Shown one piece after another: positions 1 to 11,936 of a stretch of 64,000 nt of DNA. A program made the translations under genes and the position numbers. Source of the stretch: Felis catus (Eukaryota). The DNA is taken from NCBI RefSeq assembly GCF_018350175.1, contig NC_058385.1, forward strand, positions 51,708,001 to 51,772,000, read 5' to 3'. Positions within the stretch are counted from its first letter, which is position 1. Every line of letters begins with the position of its first letter. Below the pieces are notes generated by a model that had not been told where the DNA came from, did no database searches, and saw nothing but the letters and a program-made list of their open reading frames with translations.

Positions 1-448
1 GACATGAGCAAACATATTATTGGACCTTGTGAGAAGCAGTGAGCAGAGTGCTAAAGAATACTTTGGAACTGAGTGTGGGTGGGGGACAGGACATAAGAAC
101 AACCTACTTAGCATCATAGGTGGTGGTTTCTCTGAGGAGACTGGAAAAAAACGAGAAAGAACCAGCAATTCTTCCAGCTGAAGGGGATACCATGTGCAAG
201 GACCTTGAAGATGGAGAGAGCTTGACACGTTTGGGAAGCTTGAAGGATACCAAAATGACTAGAGCCTGAGCAAGAAATGGACTAGGCTCTGATGATGAAT
301 AGCCCGAGGTGAAGTAGGAGATAGACACATGTGGGACCTGATGGGCCATAGAAAGAAGCTAACAAATTTAACCAGCCACAATGGGAAGCCATATTTTTTT
401 GGAGGAGAATGATCTGTTTAAAATTTTATGCTTAAAAATGCTTGTTAT

Positions 449-657
449 GGGAGCGCCTGGGTAGCTCAGTCAGTTAAGTGTCCGACTTCGGCTCAGGTCA
501 TGATCTCGCGGTTTGTGAGTTCGAGCCCCGCGTCGGGCTCTGTGCTGACAGCTCAGAGCCTGGAGCCTGCTTCGGATTCTGTGGTTCCCTCTCTGTCTGA
601 GCCTCTCCGCTCGAGCTCTCTCTCTCTCAAAATTAAATAAACATTTTTAAAAATTTT
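449..657 (+). mobile_element. Feline Can-SINE (SINEC_Fc)
   Basis: GGGAGCGCCTGGGTAGCTCAG head, CT-rich segment and A-tail; TSD aaaaatgcttgttat / aaaaatgcttgatat. Confidence 0.95.
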
Positions 658-1374
658 TAAAAATGCTTGATATGGTTGCTTTAAGAAGAAAAAGTAGCAG
701 GAGAGGAAAGTCCTACTGGGAGACCAACATGGAGGCTTCAGCAGTAATCCAGAAGAGGGCTGACTAAAGAGATGGTGGAGAAGAGTGGAGAGAGTTAATA
801 TAGAACTTGAAGGCAGAAAAAATAAAAAGAAGAAGTTAGAGGCAGAATAGAGAGAATTTATTGATGAATTAGAAGTGGAGAGTGTTTCAGAGGTAGGGAT
901 CAATTATAACTTCTGAGTTTCTGGCTTAAGGAACTGCGTGGTGGTGGTGATCCCATTGACAGACATAGAGAAGATGAGAAGGAAGGAAGGTTGGGGTGAG
1001 TTTAGGAATCAAGAATTTGTTCACAGACACACCACAGGTAATGGATAATGCCAAGAAGCTAGTTGTGTATTTAAGTTTGCAATTCTGGGTAAAGTTTGGG
1101 TTGGAGGTAAAGATACGGAGGTTTTCATCATATAACTATTTCATCTCAAGGGAATGGATGCAAATACGTAGGGAGATAGTAAAAATATAGTCCCGGGAGG
1201 TCCAACTCCATTAGGCCTCAGGGTAGTCCATAATTTAGGGTTGAATAGGAAAAACAGAGACTCTTTAAGGAAAAATGAAAAAAAGGAATATTAGAAGAAT
1301 TGTCTGTCAAGGAATATAAACTAGAATGTTTCAAGATAGAGGGACTGTAAAAAAGAAAGTTGAGTATGTATATA

Positions 1375-1580
1375 TACCAGTATGCATCATGCTGAATATT
1401 TATATGGATAGTGTTATCTTTTTAAAAACTCTTTGAGGTAAATGCTGTTACTGAGTCCGTTTTACAAATGAGGAAGCAAGAGAGAGATTAAATAGTTGGT
1501 CCAGGATTCCATAGTAAGGAGCCTAGTGTGAGAGCCAGGCATTCTAACGCCCCAGTCCATGGCCTTGACCTCTGTGCTAT
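1375..1580 (-). mobile_element. MIR
   Basis: MIR core (ccgttttacaaatgaggaagc...). Confidence 0.65.
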
Positions 1581-3580
1581 CCACCTCCTCAAATACATCC
1601 CACAACTAAAATGAAAACCCAAAAAGTCATTTGAATTTGACCACCTGAATGGACTGAATACCTAAATGAGCCATATTCTAAAAGTGGTGGTGCCAGGAAG
1701 ATGGTGTAGCACAATGGATGGGAGATGATGCTGAGTGCTGCAAAGGGGAAGAGAAACCAAGAAGTGGGGTGGTAGCTTTAGAAAGAAAAGGACTTGAAGG
1801 GATGGGAGATGTTAGCCCCTGGTTGAATAATGGGAGGGATGGTTTAGCAAAGAGGGCGAGATCAATGACTAGAGCAGGAAGCAGGTAACCCATGAGTAAA
1901 GCCTTGAGAAAGTGACATAGGAGGAACATTTCCTTCCTTTTCTGCATCCCTTTCTTCAGGCAAAAAAAAAAGAAAAAGGCATTTCCTTGTTTTCTAAAGA
2001 ATTTAAAAGAGAGCTTTGGCTCTCTATGCCTACGCCTTCCCAAAGGAAGGAGAGTGACGTCTCAGATTGTGGAAAGGACGATGGCCCAGCCTCCACTGCC
2101 TCCCCTCTTTGGGACCTGATGCTTGTGGTATTCTCTGAACTCCTGCTGCCCATGGGTCAGCCTCACCAGGGCACTGCTTCTCCAAGGTGCCCACCTGTGG
2201 AGGGGTCCTTGACACCTGTACCTGTTCCTCAGCTGGTTCAGGACTCACAGAGGGAAGAGAGTGGTTAGTACATTAAAACCTTGAGTATAGAGAGGATGCA
2301 GTTGGATTCAGAGAACACATGAAGAGATTGTCTTTAACAAGAAGAGGACAACATTCATTTCTGTAATGGGGGGAAAAGATTTAAAATGGTGGAGAAAGAC
2401 ACTTTCCCGATGGAGGTGCCATTGGGAAGAAGACAGTGATTTCTTTAACGTAATTTTAAATGTTATATAATACATTTATCTGAGGAAAGTCTAAAATCCA
2501 ACTCCATTGTACTGAGTGCCCTGCATAGCCTTCATGTATTGAGTTACTATCTTCTGAACAGAAGAAACAACAGATACTTCAGTGATTTCCAAATTGGGGA
2601 AGAGGACACGGCATGCTGTATCTGGGATGACTAATCAGAATCTAAAAAGAGCAGTTTTCAAAAAAATTGTTTTCAATCAATAATACAGTCAGCAATGCAT
2701 TCTTACATTTAAAAACCATAAAACACCATTTTCATTTGAAAACATTTAGGATGACATAGATTTTTTTTTAATCTATCAAAGGATGATCTAATTTAAAGAG
2801 GTAAAGAAGCAATGGATTAACCAGAGTGATGTTTTCCATCAAGATCCTGAATTAACATGTAAATACAAGTCCTGCATTTTTTCTATACATTCATTTCCTG
2901 ATCCTTGTGTCTTCATTTGAGGAAATTAGGATGGGAGATTATTGTGCTAAATTGGCATTTTATCTATAAACCACTGGGCTTTGGCCCAGATTATCATTAC
3001 CTGCAGAAGCTATCTTGATTAAGTTCAGGGTTGCCTTATGTTGTGCGTAAGCAAAACTATATTTTAATCAGCTGGTCCATATAAACTGTTTTGTACAGAT
3101 AGTCTGTAATAGGCCCTGTTGAAAATAGATTCCTTTAATCAGTAATGTTGGGTAGAAGCCTATGTCTTAAGATAGTCTTATTTATTCTGGTTTCTTCTTC
3201 CTAAAATAAACAAACAGAATGCATTCAATGTGGCAATAGCACGTTACAAATCATTTCATCAAAGGTAATGAAATTAAATTTCATCTCTGTGAGTTATTGT
3301 AGAGGGCTGTTTAACATTTACAAGAATTTGACTTCCAAATCCTTCAAGCCCTCATCTTTGGATTTGCATAATGTGTTTGTACTTTCAGGATTTTCCAGTT
3401 GAAAGGCTTTGAAGTTCCAGGGCAAAACTGAAATAAATTGGAAATTCGTGTAATTTCAAGGTGAATGCTTGTAATATAGTGGTATAATTGGAAAGTACAT
3501 GGAAGGGGAAACTCACAAAAGTGTTACTATGATTAACTTAGTGCTTTGAAATTTCGTAGTAGAAACATGATAGGCAAAAC

Positions 3581-3788
3581 TCTTAATGAGTGCTCCAAAA
3601 ACATTAAGTGGATATTTCAATAAAAGTAAAATGCTTCATCTTTAGGTTGCTTAAAAACAGTATATCCTGAACTTGAACCCAGTTCATTGATTCCAGAGCC
3701 CTTCCTCCTTCCTCTCCTCCTCGCCACCACTGAAAGTTTTGTAGAAGGATGAAATATCCACTTAATGTTTTTGGAGCACTCATTAAGA
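3581..3788. repeat. Perfect 39-bp inverted repeat (3581-3619 / 3750-3788) with 130-bp spacer
   Basis: tcttaatgagtgctccaaaaacattaagtggatatttca is the exact reverse complement of tgaaatatccacttaatgtttttggagcactcattaaga. Confidence 0.95.
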
Positions 3789-4117
3789 AGGATGTCAATT
3801 TGTCAAAGGGCAGAGTGTCTTCTTACAAATTACAAGACTGGTTTTAGTGAATAAAAAATTGAAATATTGTTCAGATTTGTCTTAGTATTGATAATGAAGA
3901 TGAAATGATTTCCTTTCTCTAAGCTCAAAAACTTTCCCATAATGGGGTGAGGAGAAGGCTGTGTTATATGAATGTATTAAATTGGTCATTGTATCTGCTC
4001 CCAAATTTTCCAAAGTCTTACTCTTTTCGTTTATTTTCACAGGCTTGTATATGTGAACTTTCTTGTCTTTTGTATTATCGTGTTTCCTGTCCCCCCCCCC
4101 CCAGCCCCAGGATGAGA

Positions 4118-4230
4118 CCATTCATTCATTCATTCATTCATTCAGTTATCTGTTTACTTATTGCCTACTGTATGCCAAGAACTGTGCTAAATCCTAGAAA
4201 TAAACTGATGAACAGACTAGAGCTTCTGTG
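4118..4230 (-). mobile_element. L2 3' end with (TTCA)n tail
   Basis: cattcattcattca...ttattgcctactgtatgccaagaactgtgcta. Confidence 0.7.
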
Positions 4231-5620
4231 AATGTAGGAGTTAAGTTAATCTGGTGGTAAAGACTCCTAATAGAACATGCTTCTTTGTTACCTCTTTTCT
4301 CTCAGCTGGTGAAATGTAGGGATATAAATAAACCAGCTGGCAAACTTGGAGGATTTGGATGTGTTTTTCATTAAAGGTCAGTGAGAAATGTTCACCTTTT
4401 ATGTTAGGGCTTATGAAACTCTGGAGAGGCAGATTGGTTTGGAATTTAATTTCTAGTATTTTTAGCATAAAATTAGGTATAATAGCAATGGATTCATGTA
4501 TGCTTCTACACAACTCATAGTACACTGTCTTACCCTTCACAGAGTTGAATTCAACTGCATTTAACAAGAGACTTTCTAGCAAACCATTCCTACATACCAT
4601 TGCACCTGTGGCTTAATTCTTGTACTCTCTGTTCTCTGTATTTCCAAAAAGGAAAGGATAAATTTCTTAGGATGAATACAGATCTAGAAACATGTCTTTT
4701 TATAACAAGGTATCTAGTTTTGGTGTCCCATTAACTGTTTAATACCAATTTACACTCCCAAAGAATACTTCTATTGAAACATTTTGCACTGGTTTAGAAT
4801 TGCAAAAGAAGATTGTGTAATTCCTGATTCCACATTAATGAGATTTTCTGCTTCAGTCCTCGTGTGTGGGGGCCACTAAGAATAGTATGAGCACAGCAGT
4901 TATAAATCAGGCTGTAATTGGCATATTCTATATCTTAATGGATGGGGGGGTGTTGTTTGTTTTAATGCAAAGGTTTCTAATCTGCCATTTTTTTTCTGGT
5001 TGGACTTCTGAGTATGCTTGGTTTTTGCTGATTGTGTGGTTTGTTTTTAGCTGCTGATTTGTAGTCAGACTATACAGGAGGGGTAACAAAAGGCCTTAAT
5101 TTTGAAATGTGAAATTTTTTTAGGCATTTGCTCTCAAAAGCTCTCTTTGAGTGACTTGAGATTTTTGCCGCAGCCACAGTATCCAACTTGGAAAAAATCT
5201 GCATTCTCAGCAGCTTTACTACTTTAAAAAATATCCTTACACTAGCTCTTTTAGAAAGCAAGGAGACAGCTTTGCTAACAGTAATGAGTTGTACAAACCA
5301 CAGATGGTCTTCTTGCTGGAAATTACTGGAAAGGATTACAAATGTTGGGTTTTGGGGGCATAGCCATTTACATTCATGCATGTATTTATGTACATTTTGT
5401 TAGTATACAACAAATTGACGTGGCAAAGAGTGAATTTGTATAGCTACTACGAGTACTGTAGATTTCTGGAATTTTACAAAGTGCTTTCACTTAAGTTAAC
5501 ACATTTTCTGCCCACAATAACTCTCTTGGGTAAAGTCGGCAGATAGCATGATTTCCACCATTATGGGTAAGAAAATAAGAGGCCTAGAAAGTCCAGGTCC
5601 TTGCCAAAAGTCCCATGGCT

Positions 5621-5845
5621 GGGGCGCCTGGGTGGCGCAGTCGGTTAAGCGTCCGACTTCAGCCAGGTCACGATCTCGTGGTCCGTGAGTTCGAGCCCCG
5701 CGTCGGGCTCTGGGCTGATGGCTCAGAGCCTGGAGCCTGCTTCCGATTCTGTGTCTCCCTCTCTCTCTGCCCCTCCCCCGTTCATGCTCTGTCTCTCTCT
5801 GTCTCCAAAATAAATAAACGTTAAAAAAAAAATTAAAAAAAAAAA
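5621..5845 (+). mobile_element. Young feline SINEC_Fc
   Basis: CpG-rich full-length copy with a long A-tail and perfect TSD aaaagtcccatggct (5606-5620 / 5846-5860). Confidence 0.97.
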
Positions 5846-5924
5846 AAAAGTCCCATGGCTGATAAATGTCACTGCTGAAATTTATCACTATCTCCTGATT
5901 CCAAAGTGTGGCCTTTTGGTCATA

Positions 5925-6350
5925 ATGTCCTGGTTGGATTCCAGCATCCCTACTTTCTAGACCTATCTCTTTCTCTAAACCTCAGCTGCCCCCTCTACAA
6001 ATAGAGAGTATGATACTACCTCGTAGGTTTATTGTGATCAGTAAGCGAAATTATGTATGGCCTGTGTCCTGTCCATTATAAATGCTTAGTGACTGTTTAT
6101 GTTTGCTTGTGTTTTTGTTTAAAGCAAATAATAATACTATATGTTAAGTACTTTTATAAATATTAATTTAACCCTCGTGTCAATTTTATGACACAGGTGT
6201 TATTAATACCTCCAATTTACATATGAGAGGGCCAAGTCAAGGAGAGGTTAAGAAAATTTCCTAAGGATGCAAACTCGTAAATACCAGATTAGACATTCGG
6301 TTCCAGGGAATCTGCCCCCACCTCTCCCTGTCTATGGTCTTAGCCACTCA
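5925..6350. mobile_element. Two adjacent MIR fragments in opposite orientation (~5925-6090 +, ~6125-6350 -)
   Basis: ctctaaacctcag...tacctcgtaggtttattgtg and ccaatttacatatgag...gagaggttaagaaaatttcctaagg. Confidence 0.55.
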
Positions 6351-7225
6351 GCTATTATTCTCCAGGCACAGAGTCAGATATATGCAAATGTGGCTTTTAT
6401 ATTCTAATGTTATACCACTTTAAATTCCTGTGACCTAGGAAATATTCTCATTATACTATACTAGATTTTCTCAACTGTTGCTACAGTACCCCAGGGCATC
6501 CTATGACTTTACTAGGTGTATAATAGAACATTATTTTTTTCCAGATAGCTACAGAACTCAGGAACATATCCAATTAGTTATAATAAAGGTACAATTTGAA
6601 TTCCACTTGATGGAAGATGTAACTCCAGTTAAGAACCCAAACTAAATGAAACCATTTTTTTTTCCTTATGCATTTAAATCCTAGCGGGATTTAGTTTAGG
6701 CTTACAGTAGAGTTCTATCATGTAGTGTTTAGACAAAATAACAAAACTGTTAAAAAATGCAGAGCATGGCAGATATAGAAAGATGACTAGCATTGCTTGG
6801 CTATGACCTGAATGGAAGATGATAGAAGCGTAGTGACAGTAGATGAAAACCCTACAATGTGAGAGGAAAAGGAAAAGTATGACCAAAAGCATGTGGCAAG
6901 TGACAAATAATAGTAATTAAGGGGTAAAGGTAAAGAAGCTTAGAGAAGGTGTCTCCATGGGTAAAGCCATTCAAATAGAGAACTGACCCAGGTCCTTGGG
7001 AGCGGGTCAACATAAAGCCACTTATAGTTACTATTGATGCAAGCCCTGGGCTTTGGGGTGCCCATTACCTCATTTAAGCCAAAAGATGCATGCATGCTAC
7101 TTAGTGATTTGGAAGATGCATGGAAGATTTCTTATGCTTCTAGTAAAGTAGAAATAAATTATGTAAGAATAAATTTAGTTGATTACTATGAGGGTAGGGG
7201 GATCCCATTTAAAGTGGTTGGTATT

Positions 7226-7458
7226 GGGGGCACCTGGGTGGCTCAGTTGGGTAAGTGTCTGACTTTGGCTTAGGTCATCATTTCATAGTTCATGAGTTTG
7301 AGCCCGGTTCGTGGGTTCAAGCTCCATGTCAGGCTCTGTGCTGACAGCTCAGGGCTTGGAGCCTGCTTCGAATTCTGTGTCTCCCTCTTTCTCTGCCCCT
7401 ACCCTACTCATGCTCGGCCTTTCTCGCTCTCAAAGATAAAATAAACATTAAAAAAATT
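7226..7458 (+). mobile_element. Feline SINEC with internal 19-nt B-box duplication
   Basis: SINE head and tail; TSD tttaaagtggttggtatt / tttaaattggttggtatt. Confidence 0.93.
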
Positions 7459-8069
7459 TAAATTGGTTGGTATTGGAAATTTTCTGCCACTTATTTTTTT
7501 CTCTAGTTCCTGTGACTTGGCATTTCATCATTGGCCTACTGGGCTTTACCTGCCCCTGGGAGAACTAGTTGAAATTGTCCTGAATCCTATTTTTTATGGA
7601 ATAGGAAGGTCAAAAACCCTCCTCACACTTCCTTTCAAGTTTTTGTCCTTACTTCCATAGTTCTCTGGTCTCTACCTCTGCTTACGAGTTTGTTATTTTA
7701 TGTCAACCCACACAGATTTAAAACATACATGTGCTCAAGCGAATTATTCAAAGGATTCATCTGTTTTCCAGATGATTTAGAGAGATAACACATTGTACAG
7801 CACACAAAGGACTCCTATGTAGCTTAATCTCTTCTTATCTTCTGCTTCTTCCCCCAAATCCACACTCCAGAATAGGTGAGACCCCCTACAAAAGGTGGTG
7901 CAGGCCCTGAAGTTTTGGTGTTTATCTAAAGTAGTACAGCAGCAAAGGATCTTGGGAAGCTGTTGTATAATTTCCACAGCATCCCTTGAAAGTTGGAAGA
8001 ACAAAATTCCCTCATCCCTCTGTCCTCTTACAAAGAGACTGGAACTTGTATTTATTGAGAACATCCCGT

Positions 8070-8180
8070 GTAGGTGATACACTAGGCACTTTCACAGTGT
8101 GTTTACTTACTCCTCTGGGCCTTTTTATCCCCATTTTGCAGATGAGAAAACTGAGTCTCAGAAAAGTGTCCAACATTGTT
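8070..8180 (-). mobile_element. MIR
   Basis: tttatccccattttgcagatgagaaaactgag core. Confidence 0.75.
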
Positions 8181-9294
8181 ACCTCGGAAAAATGTATTTG
8201 AATACATGTGGTGAAAAACAGGAATAGTTCTTTTCTGCTAAAAAACAGGAACAAGAAGGGGCAAAGATTATGAAACACTAGATAGTCTGCCTATGGGAGC
8301 CATGCCAAGAAGGATGGCTCCTTTTCCTCATTTCCTTTTCTCCATCCGAGATGTCGGCACTCATTTTCCTTTGGAAGTACAAGGCACATTAAACAAAGAT
8401 TCTTTGGGTGCCTATTAAGAGATTATTTTCGTTCTCTATTTGTAATGTTTAATATCAATGAGTATTTTATCTCATGTACACCTACATATTCCATTATGTA
8501 TTTACATTTGTGTAACACATTTAATTTAGAACATTGTTAAAAATTGAGAAAGCCTTCCCTTCATGAAATTTGGAAACTGAAGGTAGCAGTTTGCAGGTTT
8601 CTTTGCCAATCACAGTAGTCATTTTTAGAATCTTGAAAGGGGTAATTCAATTACCCACACAGTTCTGCTTTCTAAAAATGTATAAATGGAAGTCTTTTCT
8701 TAAGCGAGCCAACAAAGCTACTTGCAGTTTTCCAGACTCCAGCAATAACAATGAGATCATGACACCCTTCAAGTGTTGATTGGGAAGAGTCTCTGTTGAG
8801 GAAGGGCAGGGAAAGAACAGGGAAAACACCACAGGGCTGTTTTCTGCTTGCCTTTGGCCTTTGGAACCCAGAACTGTGTCCTTTTGCTCATTCCAAAGAG
8901 GCTGTAAGAAGGGCTTGTGGTACACTAAGACATTTTTAAGTGATGTAAAACTTCATCAGTAATAGTATCTAGCACTGTATCAATTATAAGCTGTCATTGC
9001 TGATATGCTACAATATGAGACTTTAGTAACTGAACAATTCTGAAACAGGTGAATGTAAACTATAAACAGTTTCTGGTGATAAAAATAGTCTATGAGAATT
9101 GGAGATAACACTTGTCACATTTACATTTTGAAAATAATCTTTTCTGAGAACTAGAGATAACTGGCTTTCCTTCTGTAAAATTTAGCACCTTTCCCTTAAA
9201 TTCCTACTCCTCTCCCCCTAAAAACTTGCTTTAGAGTGAATTTGAAATTTATTTCTGAAATCAAGTTTATAGGATGATCTGTAGAAAATTGACA

Positions 9295-9478
9295 TTAAAA
9301 ATTTATTATAGTTTTTCATAGCATGGTTGATACACAGTGTTATTTAGTTTTAGGTGCATAACGTAGTGATTTAACAATTCTGTATCTTACCCAGTGCTCA
9401 CCATGATAAGTGTAGTCACTGTCTGTCACCGTACAACATTATTACAACATTATTGACGATATTCCCCATGTTGTGTCT
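9295..9478 (-). mobile_element. L1 3' UTR fragment (L1MA9/carnivore type)
   Basis: ggttgatacacagtgttatttagttttaggtgcataacgtagtgatttaacaatt motif. Confidence 0.75.
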
Positions 9479-9529
9479 CTATCAGTGTAATAACTCCAAA
9501 TGGTTATCCTACCCACACTTTTAATATCA

Positions 9530-10355
9530 GGGGTGGTTTTGCTTCTGTTTGAACTTTATATGAATGGAATCATATAGTATGTATTCTTTGGTACCAATCT
9601 TCTTTTTTTTATTAAATATATATTTTTAAAATCAATGTTTATTTATTTTTGAGAAAGAGAGAGACAGAGCGTGAGCAGGGGATGGCCAGGAAGAGTGGGA
9701 GACACAGAATCTGAAGCAGGCTTCAGGCTCTGAGCTGTCAGCACAGAGCCCAATGCGGGGCTTAAACCCACAGACTGTGGGATCATGACCTGAGCCGAAG
9801 TGGAATGCTTAACCGACTGAGGCACCCAGATGCCCCTCGTACCAGGCTTCTTTTGCCAAGCACTATTTTTGTGAAAACTCTCCAACGTGTTGCAAGTAGT
9901 TGTAGTTCATTCATTTCCATTGCTGCATAAAGTTTCATTTTACAGGTATTATCACAGTTCATTTACCCTTTTCTGTTAGTAGACGTTTGGGTTTTGTTGG
10001 ATATTGGGGCATTATTACAAGTAGTGCCTCCATGAACATTCTTGACTGTGCCCTTGGGTGAACATGCAGTATAGGACATATCCTAGGAGTAGAATTGGTG
10101 AGTCAGAAGCTGTATACTTCAGCTAAGCAGATATTGCCAGACATTTGTCCAAATTGGTCGTACTGTTTTACACTCTCACCATCAGGTGTTGGAGAATTCC
10201 GGTTGTTCCTCACCATCACAGTTAATATCATGTCTTTCACATTGTAACCATTGTGATGGGTGTGCTGTGAGTGCGATTTGGTCTTAATTTGTGTTTCTCA
10301 TGTCTAATGCTGTCGAGCACTTTTTAACGTATTTCCTGGCAGTTTGGATAAAGCG
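9530..10355 (-). mobile_element. Old L1M fragment (ORF2 end / 3' UTR), interrupted by a SINE
   Basis: aatggaatcatatagtatgtattcttt...ggcattattacaagtagtgcctccatgaacattc...aatttgtgtttctcatgtctaatg. Confidence 0.75.
9607..9836 (-). mobile_element. Feline SINEC
   Basis: Reverse-complement SINE with degenerate TSD (gtaccaatcttctttt / gtaccaggcttctttt). Confidence 0.93.
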
Positions 10356-10788
10356 TTCAATTTTCATGAATATTAAGTAGGTGGTATGTGGGAATGGCAG
10401 AAATCATACGGATGATGGTGAAACTACCAAAATTTAATAAACACTGCTTTCATTAATGAATCTTTTACTAATTGATACATTTATTCCTTTAACAAATCCT
10501 CTGCTCTGGTAAGTTTAATTTAATGGAAGCTTCTTGAGAGTTAATAATGAATAACTCCCTCTGTGGAATGATGTGAGATTACCAAGGTCCATGTCATGGG
10601 AAGCTTCCCAGAGGAGGCCATTTTTAAGCTGAGTCTAGAAACATGAGCAGGATCTGACAGTAGGACTGAATATAGAAGAATGTACTCAAAAAAAACCTAA
10701 ATAAAGCCTAGATGTATGAGGATGTAGGAAACCTTTAGGAAATTACAAATTTTCAGGTGTGACTATTTAACTGATAAAGAAAACTGCT

Positions 10789-10962
10789 GGGGCACCTGGG
10801 TGGCTCAGTCAGTTGAGCATCTGACTTGGGCTCAGTTCTTGATCTCGTGGTTCACGAGTTTGAGTCCCACACTGGGCTCTGTGCTGACAGCTCAGAGTCT
10901 GGAGGCTGCTTCGGATTCTGTGTCTCCCTCGCTCTCTGCCCCTCCCCCACTTGTGTGCACTT

Positions 10963-10999
<37 letters not shown>

Positions 11000-11028
11000 A
11001 TAGGTAAACATTTAAAAAATTAAAAAGA
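10789..11028 (+). mobile_element. Feline SINEC with expanded (CT)n
   Basis: TSD aaagaaaactgc on both sides. Confidence 0.95.
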
Positions 11029-11775
11029 AAAGAAAACTGCCAACTTGTTTTCTGTAGGGAATTTAGACTTGAAAAATGACACTTAACAGTAGCCTCTGGA
11101 AGTACCAGGAGCCAAGAGTAAGCTAGGCTTAGGGTTCAGTTACAATTACAAATATAAAATTGTGTAGCTTGAAGTATTTGAATTTAACTCCTATCGTTTA
11201 TCAGGAACTTTTATATCAAGAGAAACATTCTATATGCATGAGTGGGGAAAATGTTTTATGGATAGCTTTTTGCTTTCCATGTTAGTTCTGATGTCAGCTC
11301 TGTAAAATGTAGAAGTGAACAATGCATGACAGTGTCTGCAGAAATAATGTGAACTCTGTAATTTTTACAGCTAAGATGCTATTACAGATTAAACAGAAAA
11401 ACACTGACAGCGTCTAGTTACCCAAATAGTCATTTCATTATCTTTTTCTGGGTTGCAATTATTTATTTCTAACTAGTGTTTTACTATAGCTTTAAAAATA
11501 CTCCTTTCAAAACTAAAAGCAATAGCCAAATGCATTATCTTTGTCCAACACCACATTTTAGTTTGCTATTAGGAAAAATAAAAGTCCTTTCGCATCTGCA
11601 TTCTAATACCTTTTAATGAAACCTTTAAAAATGATTAGGTAGATTTTTTTTTTCCCAACTAGTTTCACAAATATTTGAAGAATTTAAAATACTATAGGGA
11701 AAGTCTATAATTTCTGAATAAATCTTCTTCTGTTTCTGGGCTGATATTAACTCAGTTGTTGAAAAAAGAATTATG

Positions 11776-11853
11776 CATTGAGGAGGGCACCTGTTGGGAT
11801 GAGCACTGGGTGTTGTATGGAAGCCATTTTGACAATAAATTTCATATTAGAAA
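11776..11853 (+). mobile_element. Severely 5'-truncated feline L1 (3' terminal ~80 bp), sense to OXR1
   Basis: cattgaggagggcacctgttgggatgagcactgggtgttgtatgg...gacaataaatttcatatt followed by an A-tail; TSD aaaaaagaattatg (11762-11775) / aaaaaagaattgtg (11854-11867). Confidence 0.9.
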
Positions 11854-11936
11854 AAAAAAGAATTGTGATGGAGATAAAGTTGAAACAAGTGTCTGCTGGG
11901 TCAATAATCACAGCCTGTGGTATTCTTTACCTGTAG

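Larger units (their letters stand above)
1..2400 (-). mobile_element. Degraded L2 LINE fragments, interrupted by a SINE, a MIR and an unexplained insert
   Basis: Purine-rich L2-type motifs (e.g. tgtgcaaggaccttgaagatggagagagcttg, ttctgagtttctggcttaagg); boundaries approximate. Confidence 0.6.
1..11936 (+). other. OXR1: OXR1 intron upstream of the exon (start lies outside the window)
   Basis: No upstream OXR1 coding exon (MSVSNLSW / MTKDKNSPG type) recognised; repeat-rich sequence ending at the AG acceptor 11935-11936. Confidence 0.8.

Noticed and set aside
3581-3788. MITE or pre-miRNA interpretation of the 39-bp inverted repeat
   Set aside because: No TSD outside the arms and the direct repeat flanks only the right arm; the 130-nt spacer is too long for a canonical pre-miRNA loop.
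8296-8321. 8-bp hairpin ggagccat...atggctcc and similar short palindromes
   Set aside because: Expected by chance in 64 kb.
11917-11936. ORF-track N-terminus MVFFTCR ahead of the OXR1 peptide
   Set aside because: Non-ATG start lying in the polypyrimidine tract and acceptor; the exon begins at 11937.
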